From: Amoebophrya sp. A120
Lineage: Eukaryota > Protista > Dinoflagellata
Assembly (NCBI GenBank): GCA_905178155.1
Contig: CAJINV010000005.1
Coordinates: 377,319 to 441,318 of the forward strand
Reading direction: 5' to 3'
DNA length: 64,000 nt
Made by a program: the position numbers and the translations under genes. The first letter of the stretch is position 1. Every line of letters begins with the position of its first letter. Shown here piece after piece: positions 35,367 through 46,461 of this stretch. Below the pieces are notes generated by a model. It did not search any database. It saw nothing but the letters and a program-made list of their open reading frames with translations, and was not told the DNA's origin.

Positions 35367-36767
35367 TCACGTCACCTTCTCATTTGATTGCTTTTTCTCC
35401 TCTGCCACGAGAAAAGGTTCGTCCGCCGTGCTCTGTATCGTATTCTCCGGCTTTTCGGTTTGTGGATTGTGATTCTTGTTTGCACCTCCACCAGTAGCAG
35501 CCACGACACTTGCCGTGCGCTCGCCCGCCTCGTCGCTGGCCGCTCCGATCTGCTGGTTCTCATGCTCTGGTATCTTCAGTTTCACATCTTCGGCTCCTGC
35601 GTCCTTCACCACATCCAGACTCAGCAACGCCACCGCTTTCTCGCTTTCCCGTCTTTTCTCCGCGAAGACGACACTACTCAACGCCGTTTGCAGCGCCGTG
35701 CCGGCGTTTCCGGTGTCCCACAACTCTTTCAACCGGATGGTTCGGGGTCGCTGATCCTTGGCGACCGTGTGGCCGACCTTGTTGAAGTAGTTCTGCTGCT
35801 TTTCCTCGGACGGGTAAAAGACGTTGGTCTGCAGCCAGGGGTTTTCGGAAAAGCCCTGCACGAAGGTCTTGATGTCCGCGACGTCCTTGCCCAGAACCTG
35901 CGCCACCTCTGCAATGCTGCTTTTTGCGGCCGCAAACTGCTCCGGGGTTTGCGCGTAGATGCCACTCCGCACCTTGTCCCCCCGGACATCGAACTGGCCG
36001 CCGCCGTCCAGGGGGTCGACGTTGGTCCAGAAAGCGTGGAGAATATCCGGGGTGAAGGGCAGGGAAGTGCGGAACTGAACAGCCTCGGTGTACCTGTTGT
36101 TCATTACGTTGAGAGAGCTTCGCTACTTCAGCGGATGAGTGCTTTCAGCGTTAGTGTAGTACATGAAACAACAGAATGCAGCAAAACAGAGATCAACGTA
36201 AAACAGATAGAGAGCTCGGTTAATATACAGCTCTGGATCGTGGATGTGGTAATGGACGTAGCGCTCCGGTCCCGCGGTTGGTCCTCCTCCGTACTGTGAC
36301 CGGCCCGCCTGCAGTTGACCCCGCGTCGTAGCACCGGCGAACGGACCGACCAATCCGGACAAGATGGTTTTGTTCACGCAGGGGTCTTTGGGCGTCAGCA
36401 ACTCCCGGAGAGCCTCCTCCGCGCACCAAAAACATCCCATTGCAAACATCACTTTGGGGTATTTTATGCATTCGAGCGAACTACCTTCCTGCTCACCGGG
36501 GGCCCAGGCGGGCTGGTGGTACTCGGTGGCAGTACTCGTTTGTTCCTTTGCCACCTCATTGAGAAACAGTTTCTTCTGGTTCTGTGTGTGTTCTTGCGTT
36601 GTACCCCTGTCGCTGGCTTTTGATGTGGAGGCACGACTTCTTGTCCTCTCCGCGGAAGTCGAGATCTTATGCCGGTGCAGGTTCTGGACCGCCAGCTCGG
36701 AGGCAGAGGCGAAGGGGAAGGGGGAAAGCGAGATCGCTAGCGCGGCATGCGAGAGCAACCTTTCCAT
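35367..36767 (-). CDS. msrA: Peptide methionine sulfoxide reductase A paralog 1, 399 aa; GT-AG intron 36094-36294
   Basis: FAMGCFWCAE active site, YTEAVQF, FWTNVDPLDGGGQFDVRG, SGIYA and FYPSEEKQQNYF; hydrophobic N-terminus. Confidence 0.85.
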
Positions 36768-37687
36768 ACTTCTTTGCTGTAGCTTTTCTTGCGCAGTGAC
36801 GAAATTATACGATTATTCCCCTCGGCCTCGCGCTCGCTCGGACTTGATGCTTTTAGAAGTCACATGTTGCTGTGAATACTCACTGTTTTCTTGGGGACAA
36901 AGACAAAAGACGGGAGAACCAATGAATACATGATCGAACAAGCTCCCGCTCATGCTCTGCTCCACTCAACTGTCAAATCTTATGCTTGCATTTTTTAATC
37001 CCCCTTGTTATTATGTTTATCTTCGTATAAGAATCTGGTTTGGGAATCAATCGCGCTTTTCTTTTGCCTCCTCTCAATATCGTCGCCTTTGACAACTGAG
37101 AAAACATCATTCTAGGGGGTAGTCCAGAATCGCGTCGAATTCTCACCCTTTGAGATAGAAGCAAAGCTTTCTATGTCTACTTACATCCAATGGCGGGGAG
37201 GTTCTTTTCATCTGTACAAGAATAGTGCCGTAGTTTCCTTTGGTTATCCTCGTGCCCCATCTAGTTTTCTGTACATTAATTTCGATTGTTGTTGTTCGGC
37301 TGGTGGCATCGGAGTCCGATATTTCCGATGCCCTCGCAATAAGGATACCGATGCCCTCCCCCTCGCAGCAAGTATACAATGGTTCAATTTATTAAGTCTA
37401 CTACTTCGTATTCTGATGCTCTCTTCTCAAAGCATACATCAAACATAGGTGGCAGGGGGCTCCAGCATCCTGAAACTTGAACGTCAGACTTACGGTCAAA
37501 CTACCGCGCAACATATATAAGGCGTGCTGCGTCAGCGTCCTGTCAATAACAACAGAAAAGGTCAGAATGAAGTCAATATCTGGCAACTGCTACTGAAACT
37601 GAGTTCAACACGAATTTGTCGAACAAATTTTTTTTCGTTTACTCCCTCTCTTTTCGTTCCGCGTCACAAATCCCCGAAAAACCTGCT

Positions 37688-40075
37688 TCACGACATCACC
37701 ACGGTGTCGGCATGATTGGTCGAAGAGTGCTCATCTTTCGCCGCAGCTGCTGTCGCCGTCGCGGGTTTTTGTTCGGGCTTTTCCGCGCCGCTGCATCCCG
37801 GACAGGAGAGAAATGCGCTTTCCGGCGTCGCTTCCGCCACAGCATCCTCGGCCCCACGCGCCGCGCTGTCGATGTCCACAGTCGCTTCTAGTAGTGGACC
37901 ACCACCGGTGGTCTTGTTTCCGCGCAACGCAACCCCTGCAGACGTAGTGGTCATTCCCATCGCCGACTTCAGTGCGTCCGTAACCCCCTGCGTCCACAGC
38001 TCGTTCAGCCTCATCGTCCGCGGCGCCTCCTGGCCGGGCTTCTGGTCCGGGTTCTGGCCGAAGTAGTTCTGCTGCGAGGCTTATCAAGTGCAAATATGTC
38101 TGGGTCTGGAACAAGGTTTTGCAAGTTTGTCATGCATCTTTTGGATCATACAGATGCTCTGGAATGCGCGCAAGAGCAATACAAGTTTTGTTCAGGTCTC
38201 CCGATGCCTATTCTGCATGAGAAACTTCCTATTTGCATAGCGAAAAGTGGACAGCTTTTGGCTTTCATGCAACACAAATTCTTGCGTAGTCCAGAATTTG
38301 CATGCCAAGTTTGGATTCTTCCAGACCCAGACATTTTTGCAGTGCATAAGGCTTCGACCGGGTGGAACTTGTCGGTCGAGGCCATCTCGACGATGAAGGT
38401 TTTGATGTCGGCGGGTTGCTTTGAAAGCGCGGTTATGGATTGCAAATATGTCTGGAAACTTGTAATGCTAAAAGTGAATGATAGACGCACTGCAATACGC
38501 AGCTATGCATGACAAATTGTATTTTGGCTACCATGTCTTACGTATTCCGCATGGCAAACTGCGTTTTTGCATGACAGATAAGAGGGCTTTTTCGTGCCTA
38601 TGGAACACAGATTCTCGAGTCATGCCAGACAAGCATGACAAACTTGCACTCTTCCAGACCCAGGCATTTTTGCATTTGATAGCGGTCGCGACCTGGCCGA
38701 GCGAAGTTTCGGCCGCGGTTTTTTGTTCTGCTGACTGCGCGTACACGCCGCTGACGTAGGATTCGCCCTTGTTCTGGAACTGGCCGGAGCCGTCGAGGGG
38801 GTCGATGTTGGTCCAGAAAGCGTACAGGACGTCGGGCGTGTAAGGGGTGGAGGTGCGGAACTGGACCGCTTCGATGTACCTGTGATGGAAGGAGGAAACT
38901 CATCATGGCAGGGGGAGTCTTGCAGTAGGTGCGGGTGCGCTCGGATGTGACATTCAATCTTAGGCAACCCGTTATGCAACTCAAAGCATAGCTGCGAAAG
39001 CAAACACCAGCGAAAGCAAACACCAGCGAAAGCAAACACCAGTCAATATTCGCAAATAAATACTAAAATACTTTTCCGGCAGCGACAAATGGTTCGCGTA
39101 CGTAACTTCGCCCCCGCCTGCCGGCGTTGGCCCCACCAGGCCCGATTTGATGGTGGAAGCGACACACGGATCGGAGCTGAAAACTTCCCGCATTGCCTCC
39201 TCCGCACACCAAAAGCAGCCCATGGCGAAAACAACTAGCGGATTCTGGTCGCAAGAAGTGGTTGAAGCTGCCGCGGTGACGGGTTTCGTTCGTTGCCCCG
39301 TTTGCTTTTCTGAAGATGACGCTGCAAGTGAACCGGTACTGGTTCCCGCCGCGGGTGCGGCCTTCACCCATTTTTCCCCAAAACCCGTGCCGCCAATGTC
39401 CATTTCGGCACTGCCGTCGTCCTTCAGCGTCACACTCAGATCCCCGTGGGCCTGCATGCTGTGCTGTTTCGTTTCATCGGTGGGGTCGCGCTGCAAGTCG
39501 CCGGTTTGACCTTGAGTGAAAGGAGAGATTTGGTTCGATAAGCTACTCATGCCATGAGTTTGCCGGGTAGTTCACATGGAAATGGAGAACCAACATGAGC
39601 GATTTTGTTCAATTTCTTCTATACCTTTCAGCAGCTTCCCGCCATTTTCGAACGAAATTCCGTAAATTGTGTCGTGAAGCGCCCAACTGCTCCCGCCCCC
39701 GGCTCCTAGCCACACCCACATATCCTTTGTGGAATCCAGCTCTCCTGCTTTTTCCGGAAACACCGTCTTATCCGTGTTTTCTTTGCTGTTCCCCTGGGTG
39801 TCCTTGTCTGCTGCGGTGACGTAGATCGCACCGCCGCCGCTACTGTAGATCCCGTAGTAGGGCGTGCGTGGGTCGTCGGCGGTAGCTGCGGCTGCGGACG
39901 CGTGTTTCTGCGCTCGACGCTGTTGAACGGTTTTCGCAACTGCAAAAGAGGTGGTGAATGATGATAGCGAAGGACCCGAAAAGATTGGCAGCAACGCAGA
40001 AGTAGCGAAGAGCCGGGTCCTTAAAGAGCTACCGGCAGAGTGGGCCTCGTGTCGGCGGGCGAAAAGGGCCGACAT
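37688..40075 (-). CDS. msrA: MsrA paralog 2, 518 aa; exons 40075-39625, 39510-39072, 38879-38682, 38428-38349, 38076-37688
   Basis: FAMGCFWCAE, YIEAVQF, FWTNIDPLDGSGQFQNKG and FHPVEASQQNYF. Two GT-AG introns and two introners; exons total 1557 nt in frame. Confidence 0.85.
38082..38348. mobile_element. Introner E6 (TIR family A), 267 bp
   Basis: TATCAAGTGCAAATATGTCTGGGTCTGGAA ... TTCCAGACCCAGACATTTTTGCAGTGCATA. AGGCT direct repeat at 38077-38081 and 38349-38353. Confidence 0.93.
38434..38681. mobile_element. Introner E7 (TIR family A, left TIR partly deleted), 248 bp
   Basis: TATGGATTGCAAATATGTCTGGAAAC ... CTTCCAGACCCAGGCATTTTTGCATTTGATA. GCGGT direct repeat at 38429-38433 and 38682-38686. 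Confidence 0.9.
38994..39042. repeat. Perfect tandem repeat, 3 x 16 bp (GCGAAAGCAAACACCA), inside a canonical intron
   Basis: Read directly; lies within intron 38880-39071. Confidence 0.9.
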
Positions 40076-40553
40076 GGTTTCGACAGCACTGAGCGGAGTA
40101 AACGTAGTTGATTCAAAGAACAAACAGTGCTGTTGCGCACTGTCAAAGTCGGAAACTACCACGCTTCCTCCTTCTCACTGCAAGATGGAAAAAGCGTAAG
40201 CGTGACGAGGTTTTGGCACTCAGAATGCAATCATGTTTATTGCGAACAAGAAGAAAAAAGACGATGTAGACGCTGCCCACGAATAGTCCGACGACCCCGA
40301 GCCCAGTGCGACGTCAAAGCAATGTAAAATGACGAAGGTTTATTTCATCATGTATACTTACTTAGTCTTCCAACGAACAAGCGCAGCCCGATTGTATGCA
40401 AACGCCGCTGACGAGCCTGAGGCGCTGCATTTCTCATTTGAATATAATAGCGCGAGCGAAAGCGTAAGTACTTGAACGTGCGTTCCTGCTTGGGTCTCTT
40501 AGGAATTTCATTCTTGAGCTGAAGTTCTTGTATATTTGAAAGAGTCCTTTGCG

Positions 40554-41966
40554 TCAGACCTGAGATAATATTTCGTGGACTCTTCTTTCATTGGTATACT
40601 GCTCTGGACTCTGTCTCTTGCTGTTGTCCATGACAACTGCACCGAACTCTGCATTCCGGATCTCCTCAAGTGTTGGGAAACTCTGCTGCACCCCGGCTTT
40701 CGAGACTGAGAGACTTGCTGCTGCACAGGCTATGCGGAGTATCTCGGCGTCATCTTCTGGCATATCGCACCGGCAGAAAAGGAGAGCGAGAACGCCCAAG
40801 AAACAGTCTCCTGCCCCGACGGTGCTAACAAGGTTTTTAATCTTGCCGGGTACCGCACGCACCTCACCGAGGTCATCTTCTTTGCCTTCATTATTGTTAC
40901 GTTTTTGCCGTACCATGAGAGCACCCTTTTCGCCCAGCGTAGCAACTACGCATGGCCACTCGGAATTTTCGAATTTCGGCTTCAATGCAGTAAGCAAACC
41001 CACACTGCAAGCTACCGGCCGGGCCTTCCATGTTTCCCCTATGGCTTTCTTTACCTTCTGCGGCACTACTGCTTCGAACAGCTCTTCGAGTTCTACCTCG
41101 TTTACGCAGATGCAGTGCGCCAGCTTGATCGCCTTCATGATTTTCGTGTGTATCGCACCACTGCGAGCGCCGTCCGGGACGGGGGCAACATTTAGGATCG
41201 TGCGTCCCTTGATCGCAGCTCGAACTGGAATTTTGCAGTGTTGTTTCCATACATCAAGAGCTCGGCAGAAAGATGACCATAAGATGAGGATCGTATAGAA
41301 ATCAAATAATGTCTTCTACAACAATCACAACTTACATGCAGTACCAATTTCCATCGCACGAATGGTGACATCCAGCGGCGACTCGCACTGGCAAACCAGG
41401 ACCTTGCAGCGAGATAGCAATTTCTTGCAGGATTCTGACTCGATGTCGGCAATAGTCAAATCGTCGTTTGCTCCGCCGGCGACGATGATGGAATTTGTGT
41501 TTTCTGCGATCGTGATCGACGCTATACCCGACGGCTTGTCATTCGATGTGAAAACCCATTTGTCAGACACGCCGTTTTTCCGCAGATTTTCCCTCGTCGC
41601 TCTCCCTATCTCGTCGTTGCCAAGCTTCGAAATCAATGCAACTTGTAGTTTTTTTGTCGTCGCCTCGCGATTTTCGTTCGCCTGTACTTGCTCCGTTTTC
41701 TGTTTCTTTGCTCGGGGGGAGGTGGGCGACGAGGAACTCTGCTTTGCTTTCTGTTCCGGTCCTATCGACAGCAAGAGCTTCCCGGCCGCAACCGCTTGAT
41801 TCGCGCCTTTTCCGCCAAAGCACTCTTCATACTTGTGACCGAGGATTGTCTCCCCGGGCTTGGGGAATTTGTTCGCATGGACGATGAGATCCTTGTTGCA
41901 GTTTCCGAGAACAACGATCTCCGGGTAGTGCTCGTCGTGGTCAGCGGAACTGGAACTGGCTGCCAT
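40554..41966 (-). CDS. rbsK: Ribokinase (PfkB family), 430 aa; GT-AG intron 41225-41344
   Basis: IVVLGNCNKDL, PKPGETI, GGKGANQAVAA, ILNVAP, NEVE, TLGEKG and STVGAGDCF motifs. Confidence 0.9.
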
Positions 41967-42148
41967 TTTGTCTAGAATTTACGACAGTCGTGTGCATTCA
42001 ACAAAAATGCGATTTACCACGATAAGAAATAGGCTTTTGAAGATTGATCGTATAAGGAACGGCACACTACAACTGCATCACCACCCCGAGATCCTCTTAT
42101 CTTATTCAGAATTGGTTTGCTTGTGGGACGAAAAAAGAGATCTGTGTA

Positions 42149-45100
42149 TCATCTGCTTCCACCACAGCAAATCGCAACAACACCGGGACTCCTGCAACTG
42201 AAAAACTGCACAACTTTTCTTTTCCTGAATAGCTCTGTTTGTTGTTCAACATGATCGTGAAGATTCAAAGTAGATTCATCCAAACCGTTCATCTGCTTGT
42301 CCATTGCCTTGGCAAAAACTCTTTTCGCAATTTTGGTTTTCGCGTTCACGACAATTTCCTGGGTTCTTCGCATCCAACGTATCAGATAATCATCGGAGAG
42401 CTTCTTCGCCAAGTCCGTCATGTTGTGAAACTGCACGACATGCGGGCCCCAGCTGTAGAAGTCCAGCTTCGATGCCCAGTAGTAAAACGCCGGCTTGGAT
42501 TCGAACATGCGGAACGGGCTGTATTTCGCGGTCCTTGGGCAGAAGCGGTTGCAGTTTTCCGCCGGTTCTCCTCGGAGCTGTTTCGCTTCGTTTTTCTTAT
42601 GCGAGTGCACGACCTCCCCCTCATTTGTATGGCATGAACAGCAATACAAACACCAGTACAGGTGGACCCTATGCATGACAACTTCATGCGCGGCATTTAG
42701 TACTGTTTGGGATTCCGAAATTTGTCATGCACACAGTGGCACAGGGCAGCAACACAACTGGATTTGGGTTTTTGCATGACAAATGGGGGAGAGGGGAAGC
42801 TGTGCACTCTCATACTTCTGTGAAGTCGTTGTGAACACCCCGTCCTCGTCGTCGACAAACGGGACATCGAAGGGCAAAACCGTGTCTGCTTCTGTGGCTA
42901 GATGCTTCTCGTAGTTCTTGAAACCTTCTGGAACCGTTTGCTCAGCGGCGAGGATTGAGTCTTTCTCCGCTTCTGTCAGCCAGCCGAGCTCTTTGGCAGT
43001 GAGTAAGGAAGTTGTTCTTGACTCGGGCGCTTGATCGTCGGTGGCGTTCAGGAAGTCATGCGGGGAGAGTGTCGAGGTGCTTGCGTCTATTTCTGATCCC
43101 TCAGCACTGTTGTTTTTTTCTCCCTCCTCGTTATTTGCTGGAACGGAATACAGCAGCTTTCTCTTTCGCAAAATCTCTTCCATGGGTCGAAACGCCTTTC
43201 CGCTGTTGCCGTAATAGCTCGGGTGCCAGGAGTACAAGATCTCGTTTAGCATCACACTTCTCGAGTACGTGCCGAGGTACGGATCGTGGTCTTCTGGTGC
43301 TGAATTCGCTTCAGGTTCTCCTGCTCTTTCCCCAGAAGTCGCAGTACCGCCCTCCTCGGCCTTCGCCTTCCTCTCAAAAAACGCCTGTCTTTCCAACCGT
43401 CTCAGCACCACCCGCTGTAGGTGGAGGTGCCAGCGCCAGAGTAAGGCGACCGAGGGGGCGAACAACGGGATGCCCAAGGCGTGCGCCTCGTGCCAGAACA
43501 TGGGGACGGTGGAGTAGGGCATAATGACCATGGCCTTCACATCCCTCAAGACGTCCGCCCATTCGTATTTCCGGTTCGCGAAGTGACGGCCCCAGCTGCT
43601 CAGGATCACGGGGGCGTGGGAAAATTCCTCTTGCTGCGTGTCTACTTGGTCGACGGTAGACCCGCTTATTCTTTCCGCCGTTCCCGGTGCATGAGTTGAT
43701 TGTGATACAACAGCATGTTCCGTTTTGCCGTACAACAGACTCCCTTCCTTCCTGCTTTTCACCACCGCGTCCTCGTTGTAGTCTCGGCACAGCCGAAACG
43801 AATTCCGCAACCCCATCCGCTCGACGAGCAAAACTTCCCACCTGGTCGTTTTCTCCGCGCCCGTTTTCGCCGCCTCCTTCTGGATCCACTTCACAAACCG
43901 GGAGTACAGCGCGGAAAATTCCGGCCAAGGATACGGGGATTTTTCGGCGGACGCCATCATCCCGCGGTCCGGGTCCCAGAGCACGCGCCACAGGTCGGCC
44001 TGGTCGTATTTGCATAAATGTTCTGGGGGGATCGGGTCTACTGGTGGTGGAGATGATGGTGCGGGTGGTGGTGGTTGTATTGCGGTTTCCGTTTGTGCTT
44101 CCTCGCCTCCACCAGCGGCGTTTACTGCTCCATCCGAAGAAAGCCCCACATTGTCTACTTCGTGCTCCCTGTGCGTCTTCGCGTCCGACCCCACCGCGGA
44201 CAAATACAGGTAGTCTTTCACCCTTCGCTTCGTCTTTTCGTCCGCACTGGCCGGTACGAAGGTCTCGTGCTGGATTTTCACGAAGTTGTCGAGCCGGTCC
44301 GCGGTGATCCTGGCTTTGTAGATCTGCCGGAGCAGCTCCTGCACCTCCAGAATCCAATCGCCGACCTCCGTCCGCACCCACTCAACCAGCCAGGCATCAC
44401 CCGCGGACCCGCCGTGCGCACCGGGAAGCTTGCGGCCGCCGAACAGGACGTATTGGAGGTGGGGGTGGTGGTCTTCGGGCACATCGACTGCAGCTCCTTC
44501 AGGTGTCACAATTTCGCTGTCGCTGTTTGAAACTGGCGAAGTGGTAGTCATCGTCGAGGGAGCACTGCTCAATTTTACGAACCCCGATTCCTCCGCGTGG
44601 TACCTTTCCCAAGCGTCTCTCGTCGCCGGATCCGCCAGCAATGCGTCTCTCGTTGGGTAGACGATGGGGAAATCGACAAAATTTTTCCGCCCAGCTAGGT
44701 AATCCAGAAACGCCATGTCGAAGGTGCTGACGGCCACGGACACCAGATTCCGGTTTTGCAACACGTCGTCGAGAAAAAACGCTACATCTTGCTCCGTTTG
44801 CAGCCCTATCAAATGCAAAAATGTCTGGGTCTGGAAGAGTCTGAGATTTGTCATGCATGTTTTGCATGACTCGGGATGTCTGTAATGCACGACCGCTCAT
44901 CACAGACTTTGAGAGGGCTTCCTGATGCCTACTCCGCATGACAAACGCCCTCCCCGCGTAGCACAAACTAGACTCCTCTTGCTGGTCATGCAATACAGAT
45001 TTTTCTAGAGTCCAAAGCAAGCATCACAAGTTCCAATCTTCCAGACCCAGACATTTTTACAGTTGATAAGCCCCGCGAGATTCAAGTGCGGCACGTAGAC

Positions 45101-45868
45101 GGTTTTCACGTCATTCAGGAGGCACACCGCGGGCGTCTGCCGGCCGCCGTACATCACGCAAAGTTTGTACTGGGCGAAGAAGTCCCTGTAGTCATTCCGC
45201 AGCGCGTGCTCCCTTTCCGACCACCTTCCCTGGCGCAGAGCACCAATGAGGGCACCTTCAAGCGTGTTGGGGACCGGGCAGAAATAGTTCTCGGAATCGA
45301 TCCAATGAAGCTGGAGCTTGGCGAACTGCCGGTGTAATGCTCTTGTGGGGATTTGTGTCGTTCTTGGCGGAGAGTTTGTACTAGCTATGCCTGATTCACC
45401 ATCCGCAGGCGGTGGTGGTATTTCGGTGCCTGTTGGACTGGCTCCCCGTTTAGTAGTTTCTTGCTGCTCGTCGTCGGTTGTAGCATGTCCAGATGAAGCA
45501 GTTCCAGTTTCCGTGCCATCCTCGTCCAGAGCAGGAGCGACAGGCTGAGGAGTGGCAAAACCTTGGTGGCAGTAGTCGGGGAAGTATTTGAATTCTGGCG
45601 TTCTTATCGCGTACAGGTCTTCCATGAACAGCGTGACTGTCGGCTTGTTTTCCGCCGGTCCGGGGAGTTGCTGGAGGTAGTTGCGAACCTGCTCAATGCC
45701 GATCTTCACCACATAGTGCCAGTCGAGGATCAGGATTTCAGGCTGTTTTGGTGCCACGGCGGCCCCAGTGACACCAAGTGGCGTCTGTTCGCTTGCGCAA
45801 TGAACAACCGGCAATGAGGACAACAGAGAGTCCTGCACGAAGTAGAGAAAGAGGGAGAGCACAGACAT
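42149..45868 (-). CDS. Large putative secretory-pathway protein with GT-B glycosyltransferase-like motif, ~1076 aa; exons 45868-45069, 44801-42815, 42592-42149
   Basis: Three ORFs join in frame after removal of two introners (NLAGL|QTEQ and TSQK|NEAK). Signal-like N-terminus. KAMVIMPYSTVPMFWHEAHALGIPLFAPS resembles the GT-B donor-binding motif. Confidence 0.6.
42598..42814. mobile_element. Introner E8 (TIR family D), 217 bp
   Basis: TATGCGAGTGCACGACCTCCCCCTCATTTG ... CAAATGGGGGAGAGGGGAAGCTGTGCACTCTCATA. Direct repeat TTTCT/CTTCT (4/5) at 42593-42597 and 42815-42819. Removal restores the frame. Confidence 0.85.
44807..45068. mobile_element. Introner E9 (TIR family A), 262 bp
   Basis: TIR TATCAA(A/C)TG(C/T)AAAAATGTCTGGGTCTGGAAGA, 30/32 match. 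AGCCC direct repeat at 44802-44806 and 45069-45073. Confidence 0.95.
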
Positions 45869-46461
45869 GTTTGCAGCACCTCCAGAGCGCCCAAAAAAAA
45901 AAGACACACAGTAGTTCTTGCAGAGCGATGAGAAAGAGAATCACGATGAGACATGTTTGGATACTCTGTACAAAATGATGCGGCATGCGTCCTGGGAACG
46001 ACCGTGACCGAAGCGAAGATCAGATGCCAGCGGAGTTGAATTACAACACAATTACAAGGTGACGACAAATCACGTTGAGCAGGAAAAAAATGCGCTGTTG
46101 TTCTTCCACTGCAACGCTCGCACTTTTTCATGAAGTTCAAGCTGCAAGCAACTCTACGAACAGCCTGGTAAAGTCTATTGTTCTTCTATTCGCAACCGAG
46201 CCCGACTGGGGGGCTTTGGGAACCCTTACAGGGTTTTTTGGAATTTCTCGCTCGCAACATTGCTTGTTTAGGGATGTAGTCTCATTTATTTCGTAGTTCT
46301 GTGATTTTGATTTATTGATATTGCATAATTACAGAGGCCGCAGCACTCGTTCGGAAGTAGCTCACAGGAACGGTTCATTTGATATTGTTTGTTAGTACAT
46401 ACTTTTTATTTAGTGGCAATAGCGCATCAGGAAAATCTACTGCCACTGCGACAGAAACTAG

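Noticed and set aside
38096-38759. Small ORFs sharing peptides such as KMSGSGR, CKNVWVWK and LPDPDIF (also near 9.1-9.4, 31.7-31.9 and 44.8-45.1 kb)
   Set aside because: They are translations of the family A TIR, not a protein family.
41961-41970. GCCATTTTG resembling the dinoflagellate spliced leader (also at 55381)
   Set aside because: Only 9 nt, and it is the reverse complement of the CAAAATGGC start-codon context of minus-strand genes.
9121-45068. Recurring ~30-bp TIR sequence read as a CRISPR repeat
   Set aside because: Copies are dispersed inverted pairs, not a tandem direct array with spacers; no cas genes; eukaryotic context.
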